A program made the translations under genes and the position numbers. Positions 51,572 through 62,900 of a stretch of 64,000 nt of DNA are shown in pieces. Source of the stretch: an uncultured Bacilli bacterium (GTDB taxonomy: Bacteria; Bacillota_I; Bacilli_A; RF39; UBA660). The stretch covers positions 694,989 through 758,988 of the forward strand of contig CAKOKX010000001.1 in NCBI GenBank assembly GCA_934096035.1, given 5' to 3'. The notes beneath the pieces are model-generated. The model saw only the letters and a list, made by a program, of their open reading frames with translations, was not told where the DNA came from and made no database searches. Every line of letters starts with the position of its first letter. Positions within the stretch are counted from its first letter, which is position 1.

Positions 51572-52984
51572 TTAATATTGTCTTCCAATATATAGTCTTG
51601 TTTTAGCTTCCTTACCACATACAGTACATGGTCCAGTTACTTCTTCATTTTCAATTAAACATCTTGATTTTATACCAAAATCATCTTTAATTTTATTTTC
51701 ACAAGTAACATCACCACACCAATTAATTTTAGTAAATCCACCATCTTTTGTCGTAGCAATTTCTCGAAGTTCATCATAAGTTTTTGCATCATATATCATA
51801 GAATCTCTTCTTGTTTTAGCTCTTTCAAACATATCCTTTTGAATTGTTACAAGTAACTCTTTAACTCTAGGTACTATTTCATCAAAAGTAACAATTATTT
51901 TTTCTAAAGTATCTCTTCTTACTAAAGTTACATGACCATTTTCCAAGTCTCTTTTACCAAGTTCAATTCTAATTGGATACCCTTTAACTTCTGCTTCTGC
52001 AAATTTAAAACCTGGAGTTTTATTAGATTCATCAACTTTAAAAGTAATATTATTTTCTTTTAAAGTATTTTTTAAACTCTCTAATTCAGTTGCAACATCT
52101 CCGATAGGAACAATTATAACTTTAAAAGGTGCAATCATTGGTGGAAGAACTAATCCATGATCATCACCATGAGTCATAATTATAGCTCCAATCATTCTAG
52201 TTGAAACTCCCCAGCTAGTTTGATATGGAGTTTTAAGTGTATTATCACTATCTGTAAATTTAATACCAAATGCTTTAGCAAAATGATTACCAAAGTAATG
52301 ACTTGTACCATTTTGAAGAGCATAACCATTATACATCATAGCTTCTAAAGTATAAGTTTCTTCAGCGCCGGCAAACTTTTCTTTTTCAGTTTTTCTTCCT
52401 GTAATTACCGGCAAAGCTAAATAATCCTCTTGAAAAGTTTTATAAACATTAAACATTTTTAAAGTTTCTTCTCTTGCTTCTTCAGCAGTTCTATGCATTG
52501 TATGGCCTTCTTGCCATAATATTTCACGGCTTCTAAGAAAAGGTCTTGTAGTTTTTTCCCATCTAACTATTGTACACCATTGATTATAAAGAATGGGTAA
52601 ATCTCTATAAGTGTTAATTATTTTTTTATAATGGTCACAAAATAATACTTCACTAGTTGGTCTTACACACATTCTTTCTTCAAGTTTTTCTTGTCCTCCA
52701 TATGTAACCCAAGCAACTTCTGGAGCAAACCCTTTAACATGTTCTTTTTCAACGTTAAGAAGTGACTCAGGGATAAACATTGGCATTTGTACATTTTCAT
52801 GACCAGTTTCTTTAAACATTCTATCCATGTTTTTTTGTATTTCTTCCCAAATGGCATATCCAAGTGGTCTAATTATCATACTTCCCTTTACACTTGAATA
52901 ATCTACTAAATCTGCTTTTCTACATACATCTGTATACCATTTAGCAAAATCTACATCTCTATTTGTAATATCTTTTACTTCCAT
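51572..52984 (-). CDS. proS: prolyl-tRNA synthetase, short archaeal/eukaryal-like form
   Basis: Class IIa motifs and a C-terminal zinc-binding domain (CxxC...CxxC); 470 aa. Confidence 0.8.
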   Translation of the reverse strand: MEVKDITNRDVDFAKWYTDVCRKADLVDYSSVKGSMIIRPLGYAIWEEIQKNMDRMFKETGHENVQMPMFIPESLLNVEKEHVKGFAPEVAWVTYGGQEKLEERMCVRPTSEVLFCDHYKKIINTYRDLPILYNQWCTIVRWEKTTRPFLRSREILWQEGHTMHRTAEEAREETLKMFNVYKTFQEDYLALPVITGRKTEKEKFAGAEETYTLEAMMYNGYALQNGTSHYFGNHFAKAFGIKFTDSDNTLKTPYQTSWGVSTRMIGAIIMTHGDDHGLVLPPMIAPFKVIIVPIGDVATELESLKNTLKENNITFKVDESNKTPGFKFAEAEVKGYPIRIELGKRDLENGHVTLVRRDTLEKIIVTFDEIVPRVKELLVTIQKDMFERAKTRRDSMIYDAKTYDELREIATTKDGGFTKINWCGDVTCENKIKDDFGIKSRCLIENEEVTGPCTVCGKEAKTRLYIGRQY

Positions 52985-52993
52985 ATTCTCACC

Positions 52994-53212
52994 TTATTCT
53001 GCATTAAATTCTTTTAATTCATTATCTTCAGTTAAGATTTTATTAACTTTTTTAGTGGCATCATTTAATTTTTCTCCACAATATTTAGCCAATTTCATAG
53101 CTTGTGTATATTTATTTATTGCATCATCCAAATTAACATTTCCGCTTTCAAGTTCTTTTACAATACCTTCTAATTCTTGTAATGATTCTTCAAAATTTTT
53201 ATTTTCTTCCAT
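52994..53212 (-). CDS. xseB: exodeoxyribonuclease VII small subunit
   Basis: 72 aa; FEESLQELEGIVKELESG is canonical XseB. Confidence 0.8.
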   Translation of the reverse strand: MEENKNFEESLQELEGIVKELESGNVNLDDAINKYTQAMKLAKYCGEKLNDATKKVNKILTEDNELKEFNAE

Positions 53213-53243
53213 AACTTATTTCCTTTCTTCATTATTATACCAA

Positions 53244-53786
53244 TTATTTTAAATTAATCCAATACCTATTTAAAGGATCATTATTCCATATAACAGTATT
53301 TTCTAAAATTCCACCTTCAGAAATAATAGTCTTATTACTTACAATATTTTCAACATCTGCAGTTATTAAACAATTTTTTATACCTAAACTTTTAGCTATT
53401 TCTAACCCCATATTAAGTTGTAATTTACCATAGCCTTTACCACGTTCACTCGGAGTAATCGAATATCCAATATGACCTCCAAAATTAAATAAAAAGTCAT
53501 TTAACTCGTGTCTAATACTAATAGAACCACATACTTTATTATCACTCATTCTTTTTAAAAATAATGTTGTACACGGAACATAACCATCTCTTAAATCAAT
53601 ACCATTTTTTTCATTTGCTTTTTCTTTAACCCAATCTTCATAAGATGTTGCCTCTTCCAAATTAGCAAGGCCTGAATATTGCCATGGAAGCCCAGCATCA
53701 ACAACTTTAATTTCATCAAGCATTAAAAGAGCACTTTTTTTATCATTATTATCTGGTATAACTAATTTTAAATCATTCATTTTCAT
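53244..53786 (-). CDS. GNAT-family N-acetyltransferase
   Basis: An acetyl-CoA-binding motif (R/Q-x-x-G-x-G/A) at SERGKGYGKLQL. Confidence 0.6.
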   Translation of the reverse strand: MKMNDLKLVIPDNNDKKSALLMLDEIKVVDAGLPWQYSGLANLEEATSYEDWVKEKANEKNGIDLRDGYVPCTTLFLKRMSDNKVCGSISIRHELNDFLFNFGGHIGYSITPSERGKGYGKLQLNMGLEIAKSLGIKNCLITADVENIVSNKTIISEGGILENTVIWNNDPLNRYWINLK

Positions 53787-53888
53787 TCCTCCTTAAATTA
53801 AATTGTATTTACATTATTTTATTTTGCTTGACACATTTTTATTTTGGTGTATTATTGTTATTTTTTGTTCAAAAAATGTATCACAAGC

Positions 53889-55148
53889 CTATTTTTCTAC
53901 AACCTTTGCTTTAATATTTCCCTCATGTAATTTAATATTAATAATATCATCAATATTTACATCATTACTTGACTTAATTACCTTATCATTAATAGTTGCT
54001 AAAGAATAGCCTTTTTCTAAAATACCAAGAGGATTTACTAGTTTCAAAGTATTAATAAGTAAATTATATTCATTTTTCTTCTTATCAATCAAACTCATTG
54101 GATTTTGAATTACATATGACATTTTTATTTTATTTAGTTTCATTTCATTATTTTGTAATATTACTTTAATATCTTTATTTAATTTATCAAGCAAAGCATC
54201 TAATTTTTGTTCTTTAATTTCATACATACTCATAGGATTTTTTAATACAAAACTATTTTTTAAGCTTCTCCATTTAATGAATTTAGTATTTATCATATTT
54301 TTAATATTTTTATTAAGTCTAATTTTATAATTATTTAAAAGTGTATTAATATCAATAACAGTCGGTACAGCCATTTCAGCAGCTCCCGTTGGAGTTGGTG
54401 CCCTTAAATCAGCCACAAAATCCGCAATCGTCCAATCTATTTCATGTCCAACAGCGCTTATAATCGGAGTATTACATTCATAAATTGCTTTCGCAACAAT
54501 TTCTTCATTAAAAGCCCATAAATCTTCAATAGATCCGCCACCACGACCAACTATAATAGTATCAACACCAAATGCATCAGCTTTTTTAATTTGTCTAACA
54601 ATATCCGGTGCAGCATCACGTCCTTGTACTAAGCATGGAAATAAAATTGCTTCACAAATTGGATATCTTCTTCTAATTGTACTCATTATATCTCGAACAG
54701 CTGCCCCAGTTGATGCCGTAATAACTCCAATCTTTTCGGGAAATTTAGGAATTGCTTTTTTATGTTCTGGATTAAATAATCCTTCACTTGCTAACTTTTT
54801 CTTTAACTTTTCATATTCTATATATAAAGCACCAAGTCCATCAGGTTCCATTTTTTCAATATAAATCTGATAACTGCCTTGTGCAGGATAAGCACTTATT
54901 CTACCTTCAACTAAAACATTCATTCCATCTTCAGGTACAAATGTAAGTTTAATTGCACTACTTTGAAACATAACTGCACTTATTCTAGAATTATCATCTT
55001 TCAAAGTAAAATATAAATGTCCTCTGGTATGATTTTTAAAATTACTAATTTCCCCTTTTAAATAAACCTTATTTAAAAAAGAATCTTTATCTAAAATGTT
55101 TTTTATATAATTATTTAAATCACTAATATTAAGATAGTCTTTTTCCAT
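53889..55148 (-). CDS. xseA: exodeoxyribonuclease VII large subunit
   Basis: An OB-fold N-terminus, a catalytic core with GRGGGS, and a coiled-coil C-terminus; 419 aa. Confidence 0.85.
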   Translation of the reverse strand: MEKDYLNISDLNNYIKNILDKDSFLNKVYLKGEISNFKNHTRGHLYFTLKDDNSRISAVMFQSSAIKLTFVPEDGMNVLVEGRISAYPAQGSYQIYIEKMEPDGLGALYIEYEKLKKKLASEGLFNPEHKKAIPKFPEKIGVITASTGAAVRDIMSTIRRRYPICEAILFPCLVQGRDAAPDIVRQIKKADAFGVDTIIVGRGGGSIEDLWAFNEEIVAKAIYECNTPIISAVGHEIDWTIADFVADLRAPTPTGAAEMAVPTVIDINTLLNNYKIRLNKNIKNMINTKFIKWRSLKNSFVLKNPMSMYEIKEQKLDALLDKLNKDIKVILQNNEMKLNKIKMSYVIQNPMSLIDKKKNEYNLLINTLKLVNPLGILEKGYSLATINDKVIKSSNDVNIDDIINIKLHEGNIKAKVVEK

Positions 55149-55932
55149 CTAAAATACCCCTTTCTAAAAGTAAGTTTCCAATCAATTCATAATATTTTTT
55201 ATAAAGTATTAAAGAATATCCTTGATTTTCTAGAGTAAAGCCCATTTTATTAAGTTTTTTCATTTCCAAAAGAATTAAATCTGGAGTTAAAGTATTATAA
55301 AATTCTAAAACAATATCATAAAATTCCTGAGCAGAAGTTGCAAGAAAATACTCTAAAGACTCAATATTCTTAAGTACACATATAGGCAATCTATTATCTA
55401 AACTATCAGCACACTTATAACTTTTTAATCTATCACAAAAAAATAACTTTGGTAATAAATTTGCTGCTCCGAAATCACTAAAAACATATTCGTTATCTAA
55501 AATGCATAAATCTGCTACACCATCACGAATTAATATACCTAAATTTCCTAAGTTGCGATCACTATTCATCATAAAAATATCAAAAAGATAAACTCTAATT
55601 AATTGATAAGTAAGTTTTTCACTATCCTTTGGATAATTCTTTTCAAAGAACATCCATATATCATATAATCCATTAGATTTAATCCCTAATTGATTTCCAT
55701 CTTTAAAAATTCCATCATTATTAAAACTATAACTTAAATAATAATAATCTCCATCAACTTCAATAATATAGTCTTTTGCACATATAATACCAAGTTTTTC
55801 TGCAATAGCATTAGCAAATAATTGATCTCCTGGATCCATAGCATTTTTACAATAATATTCTTTACCTTTAATTTTTATGAACTTACCATCATAATGAGCC
55901 AAATTTCTTTTTATTTTCATTGGTATTAACAT
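55129..55932 (-). CDS. atypical small protein kinase-like protein (PI3/4-kinase- or HipA-like catalytic motifs)
   Basis: MMNSDRNLGNLGIL resembles the DRHxxN catalytic loop, and VFSDFGAANL resembles the DFG activation-loop motif. 267 aa. Confidence 0.4.
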   Translation of the reverse strand: MLIPMKIKRNLAHYDGKFIKIKGKEYYCKNAMDPGDQLFANAIAEKLGIICAKDYIIEVDGDYYYLSYSFNNDGIFKDGNQLGIKSNGLYDIWMFFEKNYPKDSEKLTYQLIRVYLFDIFMMNSDRNLGNLGILIRDGVADLCILDNEYVFSDFGAANLLPKLFFCDRLKSYKCADSLDNRLPICVLKNIESLEYFLATSAQEFYDIVLEFYNTLTPDLILLEMKKLNKMGFTLENQGYSLILYKKYYELIGNLLLERGILDGKRLS

Positions 55933-55933
55933 A

Positions 55934-56329
55934 TTATTCCTTAATATATTTATCTAAAACTGCATTAATTATTTTTCTAACAGAATCATCACAATATTTC
56001 TTAGCTAATTCAATAGCTTCATTAATAACAACAATTTCTGGAGTATCTGTAAATTTTAATTCATATAATCCCATTCTTAATATTGCAGCTCCAGTTTTAT
56101 CTATTCTATCAATGGTCCACCCTTCAATATATTTATTAGCAATTTCATCTAAACTATTTTTATATGTAGCTACGCCATAAACTATATCTTTAACAAATTC
56201 ATTATCTACATTCAAATTCTCTTTTATTACTTCATCAATATTAAACGGGACCCCACGAGTTTCATATATATCAATTTGATATAAAATAACCATAATAATA
56301 TTTCTAAGTTCACTTCTAGATTTTGCCAT
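55934..56329 (-). CDS. nusB: transcription antitermination factor NusB
   Basis: 131 aa; RSELRNIIMVILYQ...GAAILRMGLYEL is canonical NusB. Confidence 0.85.
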   Translation of the reverse strand: MAKSRSELRNIIMVILYQIDIYETRGVPFNIDEVIKENLNVDNEFVKDIVYGVATYKNSLDEIANKYIEGWTIDRIDKTGAAILRMGLYELKFTDTPEIVVINEAIELAKKYCDDSVRKIINAVLDKYIKE

Positions 56330-56389
56330 AACTACATCTCCTTGCAGTTAATTATATCAAATATTTAAAAAAAATAATAGTTAAAACAA

Positions 56390-56863
56390 TTAATTTACTA
56401 AATTTCCTTCAACAATTAATTGGTATCCTTTCCTTATTTGATTACAAGTAGTTAAAATAACTTGATTTTCTTCCATTTTTATATTAATTTTACCATTTTT
56501 TACTTCATTTCTAATACTACTTACAATATAGTGATTTACTTTATTATTAAATTTCAAAATAATTTCATCACCAATATCAAGATATCTTAAATCATTAAAA
56601 TACGCTAATTTTCCTGTTCCTGAATGAGCAGCTAATAAATACGTATTTTTTATATTAGTATTAATCAACATTACATTTTTATTTACATCATTATTTTTAT
56701 TATTTTCATCATAAAAACCTAAATACATATTTATTTTAGGAATAATAAGTACTCCATAATAATTTACTATTTCTTCATGATAATTACTTTCTTCAATTGC
56801 TTCTATATTATAATTACATCCACATAATAATAAACAAAAAAGCACTATAATAACAATCTTCAT
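56390..56863 (-). CDS. sortase-family transpeptidase-like lipoprotein
   Basis: A lipobox LLLCGC, then LAAHSGTG (catalytic His region) and VILTTCN (the TLxTC Cys motif). Confidence 0.45.
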   Translation of the reverse strand: MKIVIIVLFCLLLCGCNYNIEAIEESNYHEEIVNYYGVLIIPKINMYLGFYDENNKNNDVNKNVMLINTNIKNTYLLAAHSGTGKLAYFNDLRYLDIGDEIILKFNNKVNHYIVSSIRNEVKNGKINIKMEENQVILTTCNQIRKGYQLIVEGNLVN

Positions 56864-56976
56864 TAAATCAACTCCCTGCCCACTACTTTACCACATCCAC
56901 TTCTTTATATAAATAAATTATTTTATCAAAAAAGGAAGAATTTTCATTCTTCCTGTCAAAATTGATCGAAAATATA

Positions 56977-57087
56977 TTATTTACTTTTCTTTTTATTATT
57001 TTTGTTAATTAATCTTACTTTTACACCTTTATATAAAGCAAATTGTTTTTTTACACCTTCAGGTAAATTTTTCTTAAATGTTTTCAT
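56977..57087 (-). CDS. small lysine-rich ORF (36 aa), not in the ORF track
   Basis: A GAGGTG ribosome-binding site 5 nt upstream. The protein is MKTFKKNLPEGVKKQFALYKGVKVRLINKNNKKKSK. A terminator hairpin AGGAAGA-loop-TCTTCCT with a T-run follows at about 56935..56965. Confidence 0.3.
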   Translation of the reverse strand: MKTFKKNLPEGVKKQFALYKGVKVRLINKNNKKKSK

Positions 57088-57143
57088 AAACGCACCTCAC
57101 TTCTTTCTTAAAGATTATATCATAAAAAATAATAATTTATCAA

Positions 57144-58700
57144 CTAATTTTTATAGGTTTTATAGATACTTTCAAATATTTTCATGCCATCCATAGCACT
57201 CGTGGTAATTCCTCCGGCATAACCTGCACCTTCACCACACGGATATATTCCTTTAATACTTGCTTCCAAATTTTCATCTCTTAAAATTCTTATTGGACTA
57301 CTCGTTCTAGTTTCTGGAGCAGCTATAATTGCATCTTTACCATTAAAGCCTTTAATTTTATTATCAAAATAATCTATTCCTTCTTTTAAACTATCATTAA
57401 TAAACTCTGGAAAAATATCATTAATATTACCATAGCCAATATTTCCTTTAAATGCATCTATATCAATATTTTTAGAAACAACATTATTTTTATAATCTTC
57501 ATAACCTTGAACAGGTATCAATCCATCACAAATCTTATATGCTCTTTTTTCTATCATTTCTTGAAAATACATACCATCTAATATATTTACACCATAGTCG
57601 TTAGGTCCAACGGTAACCACAATTGCACTATTAGCGTATTTTGTATCTCTTTTATAATTACTCATTCCATTAACACAAATGCCATCATTTTCACTTTTAG
57701 CATTAACTACATAGCCCCCAGGACACATACAAAAACTATAAATCCCACGGCCACTTTTACTTTTATAAGTCAGTTTATAAGATGCCGGAGGCAAAAAAGG
57801 GTAATTAATTGGATATTGATTTTCATTTATCATATCTTGAGGATGAATAATCCTTACTCCAACAGCAAAAGGTTTTGATACTAAATTCAAATTATTTTTA
57901 ACAAGCATTTTAAATGTGTCTCTAGCAGAATGTCCAATTGCTAAAACTAATATATCTGTACCAATTAATTTTCCATTTATTTTTACTTGGCTAACTTTTC
58001 CGTTTTTAATAACTATATTCTCTAGTAATGAATTATAATAAATTTCACCCCCAAAAGATAATATTTTTTTTCTTATATTAATAATTACACTTCTTAATAT
58101 ATCTGTACCTATGTGAGGCTTATTATCATACATAATTTCTTGTGGTGCACCACATTCCACAAATATTTTAAATACTTCCCTCATTCTATTTTCCTTATCC
58201 TTAACTAAAGTATTTAATTTTCCATCACTGAAGGTACCAGCTCCTCCTTCTCCAAACTGAACATTGCTATTTTTAGCAAATTTATTATTTTGCCAAAATT
58301 CTCCAACGCTTTTAACACGATCTTCGATTTTTTCCCCACGTTCAATTAATATTGGCTTATAACCGTATTTTGCAAGCATATAAGTACAAAAAAGACCTGC
58401 TGGACCAGCCCCAACTACAATTGGCCTGTTACTTAAAATATTATTACCCATCTGAGGTAAAACATAATCTTCATTTTCTACCAAAATTACATCATTACCC
58501 ACATATTTATTCTCATTATCAATAGTTACATCCAAATCATATACATAAGCAAACATTTTCTTGTTTCTAGCATCAATAGACATTTTATGAATAGTTACAT
58601 CTTTTATATCATATTGATTTACTTTTAGTTTTTTCGAAGCTAAGTATTTTATGTCAATATTTTCTTTTGGACACACTCTAATATTTTTAATTCTTATCAT
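57144..58700 (-). CDS. FAD-dependent oxidoreductase (uncharacterised dehydrogenase, COG2509-like)
   Basis: GAGPAGL FAD-binding motif after an N-terminal about 85-aa domain; 518 aa. Confidence 0.55.
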   Translation of the reverse strand: MIRIKNIRVCPKENIDIKYLASKKLKVNQYDIKDVTIHKMSIDARNKKMFAYVYDLDVTIDNENKYVGNDVILVENEDYVLPQMGNNILSNRPIVVGAGPAGLFCTYMLAKYGYKPILIERGEKIEDRVKSVGEFWQNNKFAKNSNVQFGEGGAGTFSDGKLNTLVKDKENRMREVFKIFVECGAPQEIMYDNKPHIGTDILRSVIINIRKKILSFGGEIYYNSLLENIVIKNGKVSQVKINGKLIGTDILVLAIGHSARDTFKMLVKNNLNLVSKPFAVGVRIIHPQDMINENQYPINYPFLPPASYKLTYKSKSGRGIYSFCMCPGGYVVNAKSENDGICVNGMSNYKRDTKYANSAIVVTVGPNDYGVNILDGMYFQEMIEKRAYKICDGLIPVQGYEDYKNNVVSKNIDIDAFKGNIGYGNINDIFPEFINDSLKEGIDYFDNKIKGFNGKDAIIAAPETRTSSPIRILRDENLEASIKGIYPCGEGAGYAGGITTSAMDGMKIFESIYKTYKN

Positions 58701-59881
58701 TTTTCACCTGCTAACATACCTGTTATAAAAGCTACTGTTAAATTATAGCCACCACAATCACCATCTAAATCAAGTACTTCACCCGCAAAATATAAGTTTT
58801 TAACCAACTTGGATTCCATAGTATTTAGATTAATTTCATTTAAACAAATACCACCACTAGTAACTTGAGCATCTAAAAAATCCTTTGTTCCGACCATTTC
58901 AATTTTAAAGTCTTTTAAAGTATTACAAAAATTATTTTTTTCCGAATAACTTAATTCATTCCATTTTTTATTTTTATTAATTTTTAAATATTTTAGTAAT
59001 ACTTCAGTTATTTTATAATCAAGAAATCCATCACATACTTCGAAAATAGTTTTCTTAGATATATTTTTATTTTCTATAAAAGTTTCTAAAGTTTCATTAT
59101 TTAACCAAGGCACAAAATTAATAGATATTTCTTCTTTCAAACCATTTTTTAATCCAATGCAAATATTTCTACTTAAATTAAAAACACAAATTCCACTTAA
59201 GCCATAATTAGTAAATTGTATTTCTCCATGTTCCTGTTTTATTTTTTTATTATTTTCTAAAAGTGTAACAAGAACTTCACACCTTTTTCCAGCCCAGTCT
59301 TTTTCAAGACCTGTATTAGTTATAACGGGCATCAAACTTGGATTTAAAGGCACAATGTTATGACCAAAAGAAGATGCAAAAAAATATCCAATACCAGTAC
59401 TACCAGTTTTAGGATAACTACACCCTCCAGTAGTTATAATTACTTTATCAAATTCTTCATCATTTATTAAAAATTTTTCATTTAACTTTTCTATTTTATC
59501 AATAATTGAATTAAATTTAAACTTTACATTATTATTAATACAAGCACTTTTTAAAACAGATAAAACACTACTAGACTTTTCACTATATGGATACAAATAG
59601 CCATTTTTATTTTTTATAACAAGTCCAATATTTTCAAATACATTTTTAATAATATTTATATTTTGTTCACTAATTACTTGTTTAATTAATTCATCATTAC
59701 TAGAATGATATTTACTTAAATCATTATTTACATTACCAATATTACATCTTCCATTACCAGTAAGTAATAATTTTTTTCCAGCATCACTATTTCCGTCAAA
59801 AACCACTACCTCATTACTTTTGGATGCAAACAAACTTGCCATTAAACCTGAAGCTCCAGCTCCAATTACTGCTACCCTCAT
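58697..59881 (-). CDS. HI0933/YhiN-like flavoprotein (aminoacetone-oxidase family)
   Basis: VAVIGAGASGLMAS plus GNGRCN, the signature of the HI0933 family. Confidence 0.7.
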   Translation of the reverse strand: MRVAVIGAGASGLMASLFASKSNEVVVFDGNSDAGKKLLLTGNGRCNIGNVNNDLSKYHSSNDELIKQVISEQNINIIKNVFENIGLVIKNKNGYLYPYSEKSSSVLSVLKSACINNNVKFKFNSIIDKIEKLNEKFLINDEEFDKVIITTGGCSYPKTGSTGIGYFFASSFGHNIVPLNPSLMPVITNTGLEKDWAGKRCEVLVTLLENNKKIKQEHGEIQFTNYGLSGICVFNLSRNICIGLKNGLKEEISINFVPWLNNETLETFIENKNISKKTIFEVCDGFLDYKITEVLLKYLKINKNKKWNELSYSEKNNFCNTLKDFKIEMVGTKDFLDAQVTSGGICLNEINLNTMESKLVKNLYFAGEVLDLDGDCGGYNLTVAFITGMLAGEK

Positions 59882-59901
59882 AAAAAAACTCCTTTCTTTT
59901 A

Positions 59902-62900
59902 TTATATAATTTCCTTAGTAACATTATCAAGTATAGAATATAAGTACATATGAACATCTTTATTACTTATACATTTAACATAATTATAATATACATTTAA
60001 TTGCTTTATATAATTTTCATCATCAATATTTTTTAATTTATAATCAATTATAAATATTTTATCTTCATATTCTAACATTAAATCAATAATCCCATGATAT
60101 AAAACATCATCCAGTTCATATGAAAACTCTAGTTCTTGATAAATTTTAGCACTGTTAAAATCAAATGTATTAAGTAAATGATTCACATATTTATTGTCTG
60201 TATTGGCATTTTTAAAATCAGTAAGTTCAAGTAATTCATGAATCTTAGTCCCAAACTCTAAAGTTTTTTCATCACTAACAGATAATATCTCTTTAATAGT
60301 TTTTGATGCATGTTTTTTTTCAATTTCAATAAAAGGTATTTCATCCTCAATAAATAACATATTAGACTCTTCATTATTAACCATATTTTTACTTAAACTT
60401 TTACTAAACTCATAATCTTTAGTAACTCCGACATTATTTAAATCAATATTAATCATATATTTTGATAAATTTCCTGATATAGATTTTATAAAATCATAAA
60501 AAGATCTGAATTTAATTCCATCCATAAAAGATATTTCATCTTTAACATATTTTTTATCTTCAATATTAGGCATAACCATAATCATTTTTTCTTTAGCTCG
60601 AGTTAAAGCTACATAAAATAATCTTATTTTTTCTGCTACTTCATTTAAATAATAATTATTTTTAGCCAAAGTTTTAACAAATGTTTCTCCAATACCTTCC
60701 TTATAAAACGGAGTAAGAATTCCATATTTATTATCAAACATAAATTTATTTTTCAAATCACTTATATTAAATGTCTTAGGAAAACCTGCAAAATAACAAA
60801 TAGGAAATTCAAGCCCTTTAGATTTATGAATATTCATAATCTTTACAGAAATACTATTACTCTTACCCTCTTTATATTTAATTTCTTGATCACTATCTAT
60901 CATTTCATTTAAATAATTACTAAAATCAATAATAGAAAAGCCTAAATTTTCAACATTCTTAGATAATTCAAGCAAATAATTAATTCTTTTAATCGCGGCA
61001 TCAACATTACCTACCAAAATAAATTTATCATAAAAATCAAAGTCTTTAATAATTCTTTTAAGTAATATATTCGGAGTCATAATATCAATATCTTTGCTTA
61101 TTTCATAACATTTATTATATATATCTGTTTTAAAAATTTTATTTTCTTCAAAGCATTTAAATATTTCATTATCACATAAATTACCAATATAACTTCTGGC
61201 AACGCTTGTAAAATAATATTTTAAATTTTTATTATATATCCCATCTTTAATAGATAAAATTAGTCCTATAATATTTTTAATTATAAAAATATCATTTTCT
61301 TCTATCAAATTATTATCCTTATACACCTCCATTGGTATATCTAGGTACTCAAAAACTTTTTTAAATAAACTCATCTTGCTTCCACGATCTAGAATAATAC
61401 AAAAATCATTATAAGTTACATCTCTATTACATTCTTTATCAAAATCAAAAACTAAATACTTTTCTTCTATTTTCTTCTTTATATCCTTAGCTATTATAAA
61501 CGCTTCTATTTCATCATTTGTATATTTTTTATCTTCATTATTATAGGTTAAAATATCTAAATAGTTATTATAATCATTAGCACCTTTTTCAATATAGGCT
61601 TTATTACCATATACCATAGCATGACTTTCTTTATAGTTTATTCCCCCAATATCTTGTGTCATTAATGGCGCAAAAATTTCATTTATATTATATAATACTT
61701 CTTCTCTAGATCTAAAATTTTTAAGTAAATCAATCTTTTTTCCACCATTATTAATACTATATCTATCATATTTATCCTTAAATATTAATGGATTTGCATT
61801 TCTAAATCTATAAATAGATTGTTTAATATCTCCAACCATATAAACATTATCATTTTCTAATAATTTAATAAATGTTTCTTGTAAATCATTAGTATCTTGA
61901 TATTCATCTATCATTATCTCATTGAATTTATCTTTTAATTCTAATCTTATATCTTCATTGTCTTTAACTATTGATATAGCCATTTTAGCAATATCTGTAA
62001 ATTCATAAGAATTGTGTTCTTTCTTATATAAGTTTATTTTTTCATCTAACATTTTAATTATTTTTAATATTACTTCCACATAATCTCTAGTGCAAAAATA
62101 ATTGTTTTTGAGCTCATCTTCACTATATATAACTAATTCATTTAACTCCTTAAACAGTTCTTGAATATTTTCTTTTACACTTATGCCACTTGAATCTACC
62201 TTTGTAAATCTAGGCAAAATAATATTATTATTCTTGTATAAATCATTATAACTATTTGGTCTAAATAATTTACTTAAGGAATTATAAATGTTTTCATAAC
62301 TTGATGAATCCATAAAGTTTTCTAATATTAAAACAGAATCTTCAAGTTCTAAAGATATTTTCTTTAAATAATTAAAATACTCAGCAAATAATTGCTCTAT
62401 ATATTTATTATTATAAAAGTTATTTACATAATTATCGATATAATCTTCTTTATCGTATTTCAAATCTAGACTTTTATTAATACTTAAAATAGCTTTTTTA
62501 ATAACTTCATCATCACGTGTAGTAAAATCTCCAATTAACTTTAAAAATTTTTCATCTTTTGCATCATAAAGACTTAAAAATATTTCTTCTAAAAATTCAT
62601 TTCTTTTTAAATCAATAATTGAAGAATCTATAATATCAATTGATTTATCAATATTTAAAACATAATGATATTTTTTTACCAAACTTAAGGCAAAAGCATC
62701 AAATGTTGTAATATAAGCTTGATCTAAAAACTCTAGTTGACTAGTTAATCCTGCTTTTTTTATTTTTTTTCTAATTCTATTAGCCATTTCTCCAGCAGCT
62801 TCATTAGTAAATGTTAACATTAAAATGTTTCTAATATCTATTCCATCTTTTAATTTTCTAATAACCCTTTCTGATAATACTGCGGTTTTACCAGACCCAG

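Noticed and set aside
57002-57196. 64-aa plus-strand ORF from the track
   Set aside because: It has no ribosome-binding site. It overlaps the better-supported minus-strand 36-aa ORF and the 3' end of the flavoprotein gene.
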